From the IMG/VR virus record IMGVR_UViG_3300011947_000002, positions 1 to 64,000 of that record: a DNA stretch of 64,000 nt; one strand, written 5' to 3'. This document shows positions 30,075 through 38,676 of the stretch, in pieces. The notes beneath the pieces are model-generated. The model worked only from the letters and a program-made list of their open reading frames with translations, had not been told where the DNA came from and did no database searches. Position 1 is the stretch's first letter, and every line of letters begins with the position of its first letter. The translations under genes were made by a program, and so were the position numbers. This DNA comes from a virus. Its lineage: Duplodnaviria > Heunggongvirae > Uroviricota > Caudoviricetes.

Positions 30075-31009
30075 TGTTTGAATGGTTATTTGGAAAACCA
30101 AAAGATAAATCGCCGTCAGAAAGTATTTCGGAATCCATTGTAAACAAATGGTTCGAAGTAAAAGATTTCAAATTTTATGATAGATTATTATATACAGATG
30201 GTAAAAAATATTATTACATTGAAAGAATTCATCATATACGTAAATCAAAATATAATTTAAGAACAATTGATGGTGATTTGATATCATCGGTTGAATATCT
30301 ATCAGGGTGTTATAATTATTCAACTGATTCAAAAGAAGATGCTGAAATATTTGGTCGATTAAAAAAGGTTGATGAAAAAGATTTATGTAATATATATCAA
30401 TCTATTAAAAATAAAAGTCAATTTTATGATATTATTATTGATCACACTGTATATGGTAATCATACGCACCTAAAATTTGCTGTTGATGGATATGTACTCA
30501 TCAATAAAGAGTTATTGATAATTCATAGAAAGCAACCCCAAACATGTAAACCATATCAATATCTAGCGCATAAGTATTCTATTAATGTTAATACTGAAAC
30601 GGTTATTGATTCTAATAAATCCGGTCGCGAATGGTTTATTAAAAGATTACTCAACGGTGATGAATTAAAGGGTGAAATTATTAGCGAGTCTGAATATTTG
30701 GAAAAATATCATCATATTTTAGCATTACATTCGGCTGCAAAGATTGAAGAAGTTAAACAAAAATTTCTTAAATTTATTCAATGGCACTTGGATTATCATC
30801 GGAATGTGAATAAATCTTTGGAAGCTAATGCAGCCGATCCTATTCCCCCTATTGATACATATGAAAAATTTGAATTATTTATTGAAGTTAAGAAAAATTA
30901 CTTTGATATGTTAAAATATCCAGAAGATATACGGGTTGATGAACATTATCCCAAATCACCAGAATTTAAATTATTCGCCATTAATTATTTTGAAAAAGGA
31001 AACAAATAA
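30074..31009 (+). CDS. hypothetical protein (311 aa)
   Basis: ATGA-coupled. Confidence 0.5.
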   Translation: MFEWLFGKPKDKSPSESISESIVNKWFEVKDFKFYDRLLYTDGKKYYYIERIHHIRKSKYNLRTIDGDLISSVEYLSGCYNYSTDSKEDAEIFGRLKKVDEKDLCNIYQSIKNKSQFYDIIIDHTVYGNHTHLKFAVDGYVLINKELLIIHRKQPQTCKPYQYLAHKYSINVNTETVIDSNKSGREWFIKRLLNGDELKGEIISESEYLEKYHHILALHSAAKIEEVKQKFLKFIQWHLDYHRNVNKSLEANAADPIPPIDTYEKFELFIEVKKNYFDMLKYPEDIRVDEHYPKSPEFKLFAINYFEKGNK

Positions 31010-31423
31010 ATGACTACTTTATATGAAGAAATGAAATTAGATTTGATTGAATTCCGTCGTAACCGCGATGTAAATCGAACTAAACTACTTCAGACATTAA
31101 TTGGGGAATTAAATACCCAAGAAAAAAATAATGTCGTAATTGATGATGCATATGTGATTAAACTGGTTAAAATCTTTATTAAAAATAATCAGGAAACACT
31201 TAAAAATGCTAAATCTGAAGAAATGATTGAACGTCTTGAATTCGAAAATGAATTCATGGAAACGTATTTACCGCACATGTTAACTGAAGATGAAGTTAAA
31301 TCTATTATTCAAGATAAAAGTTTAAATGATCTTGCATTCGGCATGAAATATTTTAAGCAGCATTATAACGGCCAATACGACGGAAAAATGGTTTCTGAAT
31401 TATTAAAGGCGGCACAAAAATAA
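31010..31423 (+). CDS. YqeY-like (GatB/YqeY N-domain) protein (137 aa)
   Basis: LYEEMKLDLIEFRRNRDVNRTKLLQTLIGELNTQEK ... LTEDEVKSII matches the YqeY N-terminal helical domain. Confidence 0.5.
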   Translation: MTTLYEEMKLDLIEFRRNRDVNRTKLLQTLIGELNTQEKNNVVIDDAYVIKLVKIFIKNNQETLKNAKSEEMIERLEFENEFMETYLPHMLTEDEVKSIIQDKSLNDLAFGMKYFKQHYNGQYDGKMVSELLKAAQK

Positions 31424-31436
31424 TATTTTCGCCAAT

Positions 31437-31465
31437 TTGCAAATATGAATCATATTTGATACACT
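31437..31465 (+). promoter_or_regulatory. sigma70-like promoter TTGCAA-17-TACACT
   Basis: TTGCAAATATGAATCATATTTGATACACT. Same extended motif as the 24752 promoter. Confidence 0.35.
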
Positions 31466-31614
31466 ATCATTATCGAAGACATGATGGTGTTTCAGATATG
31501 AAAACTTGCTATTACATGAGCGTTGGTGAAAAAACTTACTACTACACTCTTAACGCAACTTACGTCCATACTTCTTACATCCCACGTGACTAATATGATG
31601 GCGGGTATGCAAAT

Positions 31615-31643
31615 TTGATTTCGTATACACGTTTTGTTATACT
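31615..31643 (+). promoter_or_regulatory. sigma70 promoter TTGATT-17-TATACT
   Basis: Positioned ~35 nt upstream of ATG 31676. Confidence 0.5.
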
Positions 31644-31675
31644 CCATTCATCGGATAATCTATGGGAATATCAAG

Positions 31676-32149
31676 ATGTCACAACATACTTTAGCAGCAA
31701 AAGAAATTCGCAAATTCCTTAAAGAAAATAAGATTTCTGCTTCCGTTCGTGGTAAGGCATATACAGGCAGCACATGTGTTTATGTTGATCTACATGATGC
31801 GAATCCAGACCAATTCAAACTGGTTGATGAATACGTCAAGCGTTTCCAGAAGGGTTCATTTGATCCTATTCAGGATTTGTATGTATTCGATAATGTGGAT
31901 AAATCATTACCGCAAGTTAACCATGTTTGCATCGAACGTCAATTTAGCGATGAAATTCGCCAGAAAACACTTGATAAGCTGCATGTTGAACAACCATATG
32001 AATACAAGGATGTTCCAACTGTATACCGCGAATTATCACACGATACTACTGATATTGATGGTGATTATGTTACGTCTTCTATCCGCATGGTTCTGACAAA
32101 TCACTACTTATATGAAAACTTTTGGAAACTGGTGTGGGGTATTCACTAA
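31676..32149 (+). CDS. paralog-family protein (157 aa; family with the 33719 and 39017 genes)
   Basis: AKEIRKFLKENKISASVRGKAYTGSTCVYVDLHD...GSFDPIQDLYVFDN...LPQVNHVCIE vs AKEIKKYFKSLSIPCKTKSSVYAGGSSVTVWVTN...GSFDPMNDLYSFTN...IPQVKFVFLE in the 39017 gene. Start moved past the promoter -10 element. Confidence 0.55.
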   Translation: MSQHTLAAKEIRKFLKENKISASVRGKAYTGSTCVYVDLHDANPDQFKLVDEYVKRFQKGSFDPIQDLYVFDNVDKSLPQVNHVCIERQFSDEIRQKTLDKLHVEQPYEYKDVPTVYRELSHDTTDIDGDYVTSSIRMVLTNHYLYENFWKLVWGIH

Positions 32150-32406
32150 TGCGTATTAAACTAGCAGATATTTTTGACAAAAGCATTCTTTTCTATGTCC
32201 CATCGTTTGGGGAACTTACTGCATGGATCATTGATGATCGCGTCAAATTCGTTAATTCATTTGGTACAGTTAAACTGATGTGTGACTTGGATAGTCGTTT
32301 TGATGTGTATACTGATGAACATGGTGATTATATTAAATTTGAAACTCAAGCGTATACTCATAAGGTTTACCCGATCCGGCGTGAATTTATTAAATTAAAG
32401 GATTAA
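32149..32406 (+). CDS. hypothetical protein (85 aa; start at MRIKLADIF)
   Basis: TAATG overlap with the previous gene. The alternative-frame ORF 31749-32096 is rejected. Confidence 0.45.
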   Translation: MRIKLADIFDKSILFYVPSFGELTAWIIDDRVKFVNSFGTVKLMCDLDSRFDVYTDEHGDYIKFETQAYTHKVYPIRREFIKLKD

Positions 32407-32410
32407 TATT

Positions 32411-32636
32411 ATGAATATAGAATTTAAAAAGGGTGATTTTGTTGTAGTTCCAAATGGTTTTTTTTGATTGGTTATACAAGGTAAATTATCATTGTACCGA
32501 TAATAGAATTATGCTTTATAAACATGATAAACACCCTAATGATGTAGCTTATCAATCATGGCCTAAGATCAATGAAGTTAGAATAGCTACTAAAGAAGAA
32601 ATTAAAAATAAACGACGTGATAATTTGGATGTGTGA
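32411..32636 (+). pseudogene. small gene interrupted by a frameshift in a T8 homopolymer (MNIEFKKGDFVVVPNGFF* / MVFFDWLYKVNYHC...)
   Basis: ATG 32411 with RBS context. Stop at 32465-32467 inside the T run 32458-32465. Removal of one T fuses it to the 32454-32636 reading frame. Confidence 0.4.
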
Positions 32637-32638
32637 AA

Positions 32639-32974
32639 ATGAATCTAATTGAACAGTTAGGTGGCTATGACAAAGCGAAACGCGCGATTGAAAACGACGT
32701 TCTGAAAGATCATGCGCCATACACGTATGAAACGGCACAGCGCGAACTTTTAGAATACCGCCGTGTACATAATAAATATGAATGTGGTGATTACGTAGTT
32801 CTTAATGTCGGTAGTCGAGTTTATAAAATTGATCATATTTATAAAAAAGAAGTTTGGCTTGATAGTGCCAAGGAATCGTTGGATATTGTGAATATAGATG
32901 ATATTTCTCGACACGCCACCAATGAAGAAATTGAAGTGCAAAAAATATTGGAGAAAAAGAATGGATTTGGTTAA
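32639..32974 (+). CDS. LGGY-KAK / LLEYRRVHN paralog 1 (111 aa)
   Basis: MNLIEQLGGYDKAK...LLEYRRVHNKYECGDYVVLN...RHATNEEIE. The supplied ORF began at GTG 32633. Confidence 0.55.
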   Translation: MNLIEQLGGYDKAKRAIENDVLKDHAPYTYETAQRELLEYRRVHNKYECGDYVVLNVGSRVYKIDHIYKKEVWLDSAKESLDIVNIDDISRHATNEEIEVQKILEKKNGFG

Positions 32975-33299
32975 ACAGTTAGGTGGCTATAATAAAGCTA
33001 AAGAATATCTCGAAAATCTACAAAAGATTCATTCACATGAACAAACAGAAGATACTATTGTTTGGCTTCCAAGGGCTTTACTTGAATACCGCCGTGTACA
33101 TAATATGTATGAGGAAGGTGATAAAGTAGTCATGAATGATAAAAGGCGCGCACCTACATTGTGGACTTGGGTTCATGTTACTAATTGGCGACCTAATTAT
33201 TCATTATTAAGTTGTGGAGATAATCTATTGTATCCATTTGGTAATAATGAGTTTCGACATGCCAGCGATGCAGAAATAGAAGCGTGTAGCCGATCATGA
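32961..33299 (+). CDS. LGGY-KAK / LLEYRRVHN paralog 2 (112 aa)
   Basis: MDLVKQLGGYNKAK...LLEYRRVHNMYEEGDKVVMN...RHASDAEIE. GGAGAAAAAGA-ATG RBS. The upstream extension to 32898 overlaps paralog 1. Confidence 0.55.
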   Translation: MDLVKQLGGYNKAKEYLENLQKIHSHEQTEDTIVWLPRALLEYRRVHNMYEEGDKVVMNDKRRAPTLWTWVHVTNWRPNYSLLSCGDNLLYPFGNNEFRHASDAEIEACSRS

Positions 33300-33532
33300 A
33301 TAAAGATATAAGTGTTCGCGTGGTAGAATTAGATGCATTTAAGGAAGGTGATGATGATATATCATTAATTAAAAATCTTGGGGGATATGATCAAGCAAAA
33401 TGGTTTCAAAAACAAATGATAATTGCTGAATCAAATGGTATTGAACAAAATGGCAATGGGTTATTATTATTTTCATTATTGGAATTAAATAAACAAATCG
33501 ATCAATATGAAAAACAAAAGGGAATTAATTAA
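33296..33532 (+). CDS. LGGY-QAK paralog 3 (78 aa, truncated variant)
   Basis: ISLIKNLGGYDQAKWFQKQ. Lacks the LLEYRRVHN half. Confidence 0.45.
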   Translation: MNKDISVRVVELDAFKEGDDDISLIKNLGGYDQAKWFQKQMIIAESNGIEQNGNGLLLFSLLELNKQIDQYEKQKGIN

Positions 33533-33548
33533 TTCCCTTTTCTTTTTA
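33519..33548 (+). terminator. rho-independent terminator (perfect palindrome)
   Basis: GGGAATTAATTAATTCCC followed by TTTTCTTTTT. Confidence 0.65.
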
Positions 33549-33584
33549 TGATCGTTTCCCTGTTTTAATTTCATCATCTGTTGC
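33532..33584. repeat. 53-bp direct repeat, copy 1
   Basis: ATTCCCTTTTCTTTTTATGATCGTTTCCCTGTTTTAATTTCATCATCTGTTGC is identical to 34041-34093. Confidence 0.85.
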
Positions 33585-33659
33585 TGAATTGACATATAGA
33601 CTAAATGATGAAAATCTTTTCTTATCAACATATTTACCAAAGATGTTGTCATATCAAAT

Positions 33660-33688
33660 TTGATTTTGTATATATATGTTGTTATAAT
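33660..33688 (+). promoter_or_regulatory. sigma70 promoter TTGATT-17-TATAAT
   Basis: -35 33660-33665, -10 TATAAT 33683-33688. AGAGGAATATTAT-ATG RBS follows. Confidence 0.55.
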
Positions 33689-33718
33689 CCAATTTAATTT
33701 ATAACAGAGGAATATTAT

Positions 33719-34015
33719 ATGGATATTGCTGTTTCACCACGTAAACTTGCAGTTATTGAAATTAAACAATACTTTAAAAAACTTGGTATTAAATCTATTG
33801 TACGTTCAGGTATGAAGACTGCAAAGATGATTTACATCGATGTCGTTGATGGTGTTGAAAAAGCAAATGTGAAGAAAGAAAGAGTTCCTTATATTAGTAT
33901 AACGCACGATGAATTCCCAAAATCGGATATCAATAATATTAAGGCTTTTATTGAAAGTATCCAAATAAAACACATGATTAAAATTGTATCATTAAAAGAA
34001 CGAATTCCGTTCTAA
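33719..34015 (+). CDS. paralog-family protein, short member (98 aa)
   Basis: LAVIEIKQYFKKLGIKSIVRSGMKTAKMIYIDVVD matches the N-termini of the 31676 and 39017 genes. Confidence 0.5.
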   Translation: MDIAVSPRKLAVIEIKQYFKKLGIKSIVRSGMKTAKMIYIDVVDGVEKANVKKERVPYISITHDEFPKSDINNIKAFIESIQIKHMIKIVSLKERIPF

Positions 34016-34025
34016 GTTCTAATAA

Positions 34026-34057
34026 AAAGGGAATCAATTGATTCCCTTTTCTTTTTA
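34026..34057 (+). terminator. rho-independent terminator (palindrome with compensatory changes relative to 33519)
   Basis: AGGGAATCAATTGATTCCCT followed by TTTCTTTTT. Confidence 0.6.
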
Positions 34058-34093
34058 TGATCGTTTCCCTGTTTTAATTTCATCATCTGTTGC
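34041..34093. repeat. 53-bp direct repeat, copy 2
   Basis: Identical to 33532-33584. Here it encodes (minus strand) the C-terminus ...ATDDEIKTGKRS* of the 34055-34393 gene. Confidence 0.85.
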
Positions 34094-34393
34094 ATGACGA
34101 ATGATATTACCTAATGGCAACACTTCATCAAGCCAACCAGATTTAAAATCATAATCTATAATGGTGTGAACTAATTCAAATTCCCAATCGTATAAACCAT
34201 TAATCGTTTGATATTGATCACACCAGCAAAAATTATCACCTACTTCAAAAATATTATTAGTGCGTCGATAATTTAATAACTGGCGTTCCAAGGTATAATT
34301 CATATAATAGATACTATCTTCATCATTATATATTTCTTTGGCTACAGCATAACTACCAAACTTATCAATCAATGATGTCATCCTGTAATCCAT
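34055..34393 (-). CDS. LLNYRRTNN paralog 4 (112 aa)
   Basis: MTSLIDKFGSYAVAKEIYNDED...LLNYRRTNNIFEVGDNF...RHATDDEIK. Same family as the 32639 and 32961 genes. Confidence 0.55.
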   Translation of the reverse strand: MDYRMTSLIDKFGSYAVAKEIYNDEDSIYYMNYTLERQLLNYRRTNNIFEVGDNFCWCDQYQTINGLYDWEFELVHTIIDYDFKSGWLDEVLPLGNIIRHATDDEIKTGKRS

Positions 34394-34923
34394 CCACTTA
34401 ATTTTTTAAGTTGAATTGGATGATATTCTTTATTCCGTTCAACTTCTTCTTCAGGGATATTCAAATATGAATCACAGAATGATTTATTTAGTGAATGGAT
34501 ATGAACAAGAAAATTTTCCCACATTACACATGGTTCATCATCACTCATAAAGGTTCCGATCATACAATCTGAAACATCACGGTCATAATAAAAGTAGAAA
34601 TAACGGTCGCAACCACAGCTTTTAGATAATGCTAGAATAATAATATCATCTTGATATGCTGATAATACGGGATGATGAGTCTTGTATATATCATTAATAT
34701 CTTTTTCGCATGGATGTCTATATCGATTTATGCCAAAAGCACCAAGGATTTTTACGTGATTAATATATCCATTTAAAAAGGTATGTGAAATATATTCCCA
34801 TAAAATACCTTCCCCAACTTCATTGGCTAATAAATTATCACGCGATGGATCAGGGAATTGTATAATATCCCCGCCAAAATATTTATCAAAAAATTCTTGC
34901 GATTTAGTGTATGAATCAGTCAT
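34378..34923 (-). CDS. hypothetical protein (181 aa)
   Basis: Intact ORF, overlapping-coupled. Confidence 0.5.
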   Translation of the reverse strand: MTDSYTKSQEFFDKYFGGDIIQFPDPSRDNLLANEVGEGILWEYISHTFLNGYINHVKILGAFGINRYRHPCEKDINDIYKTHHPVLSAYQDDIIILALSKSCGCDRYFYFYYDRDVSDCMIGTFMSDDEPCVMWENFLVHIHSLNKSFCDSYLNIPEEEVERNKEYHPIQLKKLSGWITG

Positions 34924-35369
34924 TTAATTTTATCCATTAATAGTTGTTTAATTACTACTGGATCAGCCTTGAATTTCTTCATGGTTTGACCTACTAGCGC
35001 GTTTAGCACCTTATCATTACCATTCTTATATTGATCAACCAAAGTGCCATTAGAAGCGATTACAGCGTCAATAACAGCATGTAGTTCATCATCAACCTTA
35101 GACATCTTATCTGCTAACTGTTGTTGTTTCATTTCAGTTGCAGCAGAATCACGGGCCTTATCACGTTGATCAGCAATTTCTTTATTCAGATTAATATATT
35201 TCGATTTAATTTCTTCAGGATTAAATTTCCCGATAATTACATCCATAATTGAATAATCATATGATTCGATTAATTCATTATTTTTACTGATTGATAAATT
35301 GTACTGGGTTCCCCCTAATTCACCTTTAGGATCATTAGATGTAACTTTGCTTAATACCTGATAAAACAT
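34920..35369 (-). CDS. GatB/YqeY C-terminal-domain protein (149 aa)
   Basis: VIDAVIASNGTLVDQYKNGNDKVLNALVGQTMKKFKADPVVIKQLL matches the GatB_Yqey signature (LVGQVMK..KGKADP). Confidence 0.55.
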   Translation of the reverse strand: MFYQVLSKVTSNDPKGELGGTQYNLSISKNNELIESYDYSIMDVIIGKFNPEEIKSKYINLNKEIADQRDKARDSAATEMKQQQLADKMSKVDDELHAVIDAVIASNGTLVDQYKNGNDKVLNALVGQTMKKFKADPVVIKQLLMDKIK

Positions 35370-35371
35370 AA

Positions 35372-35629
35372 TTAATTTCCAGATTTTGGTGTGGTGTTAC
35401 ATACACAATCCATAGTATTGATGTATGTTTCTAGTTCATCCATTGTTATGCCATATGGTGCAGCTTTATTCGATATAATCTGTAATTGATGATATTCTTC
35501 TGGACTCATATTTCTAGGCCAGCATATATCTACCCATGAAAGATTCAGTTCATTAGTACACATCGAATGATATTCTTTAATCAATTCACAGATCAGGTTG
35601 ATCTTTTCATCTTGACTTAATTCAATCAT
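35372..35629 (-). CDS. hypothetical protein (85 aa)
   Basis: Intact ORF. Confidence 0.45.
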   Translation of the reverse strand: MIELSQDEKINLICELIKEYHSMCTNELNLSWVDICWPRNMSPEEYHQLQIISNKAAPYGITMDELETYINTMDCVCNTTPKSGN

Positions 35630-35772
35630 TTATTAGTCCGATAATACTTACTGGTATATTTGGAAATCTTTTTTAAATGATCATAAAAATCACTTTCAGA
35701 TTTAATATATTCAGGTCGGGAATGTCGATCATTTAATTGATCACAAATAGATTTAATTCTTTCTTTAATCAT
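35627..35772 (-). CDS. small protein (48 aa, MIKERIKSICDQLNDRHSRPEYIKSESDFYDHLKKISKYTSKYYRTNK)
   Basis: Not in the track. Fills the 35630-35764 gap, with ATGA overlaps at both ends (translational coupling). Confidence 0.35.
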
Positions 35773-36211
35773 ATACTTCATCCTTAAAGATATCTTCAGG
35801 GTAATAATAAATTACATCTTTAAAATCGTTGTTTGGGCGAACTTCACATTTAATTATGGTTGAATCGGGGAATGCTTCTAACCAAGCGTCTTCAAATAAT
35901 TCCAGTAAATCTTGCGGGAATTTATCATCGAATCCTTTGGTTCCAAGAACAGTACCAACAGCAAACTTTTTATCAATGCCTTGTATTTCTATCCATCTGG
36001 CATGTAGCATTTCTACTATTGCTAGTGGGGATAAATCATAAGCAATGTTTGTATAACCAGCGTTATAAGCGTGATAAAGAAGGCATTTGAAGAATTTCCC
36101 TTTAACATTCTGATTTTCCCGAAAACTTTCTATCGTAAACTTATCTATTGATCCACGAAATTTATAAAATGTGACAAGGTTTTTATATAAATCACTATCT
36201 TTACTAATCAT
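35765..36211 (-). CDS. hypothetical protein (148 aa)
   Basis: Intact ORF. The antisense ORFs 35829-36041 and 35860-36090 are rejected. Confidence 0.5.
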   Translation of the reverse strand: MISKDSDLYKNLVTFYKFRGSIDKFTIESFRENQNVKGKFFKCLLYHAYNAGYTNIAYDLSPLAIVEMLHARWIEIQGIDKKFAVGTVLGTKGFDDKFPQDLLELFEDAWLEAFPDSTIIKCEVRPNNDFKDVIYYYPEDIFKDEVYD

Positions 36212-36227
36212 GATATATGTTCAAATA

Positions 36228-36262
36228 AGAAAAGGTGATGTTAATATATCACCTTTTCTTTT
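36228..36262. terminator. bidirectional rho-independent terminator
   Basis: AAAAGGTGAT-(8 nt)-ATCACCTTTT flanked by A and T runs. Confidence 0.6.
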
Positions 36263-36266
36263 TAAA

Positions 36267-36593
36267 TCAATTATTTTTCAGCATTCTTTTATAATCATCA
36301 ATTACACCTTTAAGACGGCGTATTTCACGCTTATGATCTTCTAATTTATCTTCCAAATGAAGATATGCTTTTTGGGAATACATTTCATCCATATCTTTTT
36401 TAAGCTGTTTAACTTCATCTTCATATGGATTTGTGAAATTATATAAATATTCTGACGAGTGTACTTCATCATACATATCTATACCCACGATCAAATCATT
36501 AGCAAGAGTTTCAGACTGTTCTTTAGTCAGACTGATACCAATATTGTCTAAAAATTCAACCAATGTTTCTTGTATACATTCAACTCTTGACAT
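36267..36593 (-). CDS. coiled-coil protein (108 aa)
   Basis: Heptad-rich K/E/L sequence. Confidence 0.5.
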   Translation of the reverse strand: MSRVECIQETLVEFLDNIGISLTKEQSETLANDLIVGIDMYDEVHSSEYLYNFTNPYEDEVKQLKKDMDEMYSQKAYLHLEDKLEDHKREIRRLKGVIDDYKRMLKNN

Positions 36594-37533
36594 TTTGACT
36601 ATTCCTAATTTTAGCTAATTCAAAACATTTATTGACTTTAGATACATATTCTTTAGCTTCTTTCCCATTATATTTTTTATTAATTGCTTTAATAGCTTCT
36701 TCTTGTGTGCCATAAAAACAACCAATATAAATTTTGTTTGGATTATCTTTCAGAATATAAATTGGTCGATTATATTCCCCACAATAATGAACCACTGCAA
36801 GGGAATAATAGTATTCTTCACAATATAAATCGTCATATTTGCTCATGAATTGATCAGAAATATTTTGATATTTAACTATATCCACATAATGATTTAGATC
36901 ATATTGCATAATGGATTCAATAATATCATCAGATAATTCTTGACATGCTATCAACTCTCTATATGAATAATTTTCCATTGTATGTAAATTGTCCGCAATA
37001 ACATCGATTGGTATTTTTTGATATTCAGCTACATAACTCCAATGAACAAATCTTTTTGCATTACGCCTAATAAAATCATCTGATAATTTTCTACACTTTA
37101 CCAATATATCACAATCTATCCTATCTATATGCTTTTCAATAAATTCTTCAGAAATTTCTTGTTTTTGAACAATAAAATCCCAAAATAAATAATCAGCATA
37201 TTTATCCATAAATTTCTTGGAAAGTAGTTGTTCGTTACTAATAGAAGCCCAGCCAATTTTATCGATATTATCAATAATTATTGATTCAGGTAACACCTGA
37301 TAAAAAGATGCTGCATTCCAATTAATGCGATCTTTATATTTTTTAAGAACATTAATTGATAATTGTTGATATCTGACTAAATAATTCCAATCTAAAATAT
37401 CAGCATACTTCTGAATAACATCATCTGAAAGGACAGCATCTTTCATCAATCTTTCCCAGTTCATGTATTTTAATGACAGATCACACAATGATATATTATT
37501 GAATAATGGTCTTTCATATAGATTATTATTCAT
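36580..37533 (-). CDS. repeat protein (>=4 x ~27-aa LSDDxIxKYxDxLxWxxxxxYQxLS repeats), 317 aa
   Basis: LSDDVIQKYADILDWNYLVRYQQLS / LSKKFMDKYADYLFWDFIVQKQEIS / LSDDFIRRNAKRFVHWSYVAEYQKIP / LSDDIIESIMQYDLNHYVDIVKYQNIS. Confidence 0.5.
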   Translation of the reverse strand: MNNNLYERPLFNNISLCDLSLKYMNWERLMKDAVLSDDVIQKYADILDWNYLVRYQQLSINVLKKYKDRINWNAASFYQVLPESIIIDNIDKIGWASISNEQLLSKKFMDKYADYLFWDFIVQKQEISEEFIEKHIDRIDCDILVKCRKLSDDFIRRNAKRFVHWSYVAEYQKIPIDVIADNLHTMENYSYRELIACQELSDDIIESIMQYDLNHYVDIVKYQNISDQFMSKYDDLYCEEYYYSLAVVHYCGEYNRPIYILKDNPNKIYIGCFYGTQEEAIKAINKKYNGKEAKEYVSKVNKCFELAKIRNSQNVKS

Positions 37534-37536
37534 TTA

Positions 37537-38076
37537 TTAACACCCTTCAATAATGATAGAATTAATGTTGTAGCGATACAATTTACCAGAATTAACTTCG
37601 CGGCCGATAAACTGTGATGCTTTATGTTTATTAAGAAATACAGCTTCACCATGAGTAGTTTTAACTACAGTACCAGCTTCCAGATTATTGATAAAATCTG
37701 CTTTGATCTTTTTCTGGTGCTGTTGCTTCAGGCATTCAGCTTTATAATTCACAGCCCATTCAGTCATAATCGTAGATTTTTTGATGTATTTCTTCGGACA
37801 GTTATATAGGTATGGATGATCCTTTTCAGTGAATGATTTGTGCATCCAATAACCACCTTGTAATTTAACCTTGTCAATGGTGATCATGATATCAGTACCA
37901 TCAGTGATTAATGAATATATTTCATTACCACGGAAAGAACGTTCAAGCAGTTGCCATTTAGCACCTTCTGAATAACCCAATTCTTGTTCAGCATAATCTT
38001 TAACTGAATCGAAGTGTTTTTGAATACCATCCCAACCCATAGCCATATCCTCATATGTATATCTAACGTATGCCAT
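37537..38076 (-). CDS. hypothetical protein (179 aa; start at first ATG, MAYVRYTYED)
   Basis: The supplied ORF began at TTG 38115. First gene of the minus-strand block 34055-38115. Confidence 0.45.
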   Translation of the reverse strand: MAYVRYTYEDMAMGWDGIQKHFDSVKDYAEQELGYSEGAKWQLLERSFRGNEIYSLITDGTDIMITIDKVKLQGGYWMHKSFTEKDHPYLYNCPKKYIKKSTIMTEWAVNYKAECLKQQHQKKIKADFINNLEAGTVVKTTHGEAVFLNKHKASQFIGREVNSGKLYRYNINSIIIEGC

Positions 38077-38171
38077 TAATATATCATATTTGTATATACA
38101 GTGCAAATTTGACAAATATGATCGTGTCCTATATTATTGACGTATATTCAAAATTCTGATGAGAATGGAAA

Positions 38172-38456
38172 ATGGAAAATAAAAAACTAGAACTTATAGT
38201 TGTTTTGATGACTAAAGCTGGAACTGAAACTGAACGTTTTTTAATCCCACGTGTTAATGCAAAATGGGAAATTAAACCTGTTGTTTCTGAAATATTAAAT
38301 GGATTAGAAATCGATCCGGTTTATGATCCTACAGATGATATTGTAAACAATCTTACTCAAAATTCCACATATGCTTTATATGATCCATTACATAATGATC
38401 TTGAAGGTATACAAGTCACTTTTATTATCAACCGAGTTATTTCTGTAAACTCATAA
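38172..38456 (+). CDS. hypothetical protein (94 aa)
   Basis: Preceded by TTGACA-17-TATTAT at 38126-38154 (not annotated separately). Confidence 0.5.
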   Translation: MENKKLELIVVLMTKAGTETERFLIPRVNAKWEIKPVVSEILNGLEIDPVYDPTDDIVNNLTQNSTYALYDPLHNDLEGIQVTFIINRVISVNS

Positions 38457-38466
38457 GGGGGATATT

Positions 38467-38574
38467 ATGACACAACCTCTACCACATCAATTATATTCAA
38501 TGACGGCTTTTAAGGAAGCCGTTCACGTATTACTACCTTATACGTCTATGGCCGTGATGGTGTTCTACTTGTAA
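38467..38574 (+). CDS. small protein (35 aa, MTQPLPHQLYSMTAFKEAVHVLLPYTSMAVMVFYL)
   Basis: Strong SD TAAGGGGGATATT-ATG. Not in the track. Confidence 0.4.
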   Translation: MTQPLPHQLYSMTAFKEAVHVLLPYTSMAVMVFYL

Positions 38575-38676
38575 GTGGGATTATAGATGAAACATATGAT
38601 GGATTAATTTCATACGTGAAAGAACAAATAGGAATAAATTAAATACCAATTAAATTTGATTAATAGGGATTAAATT

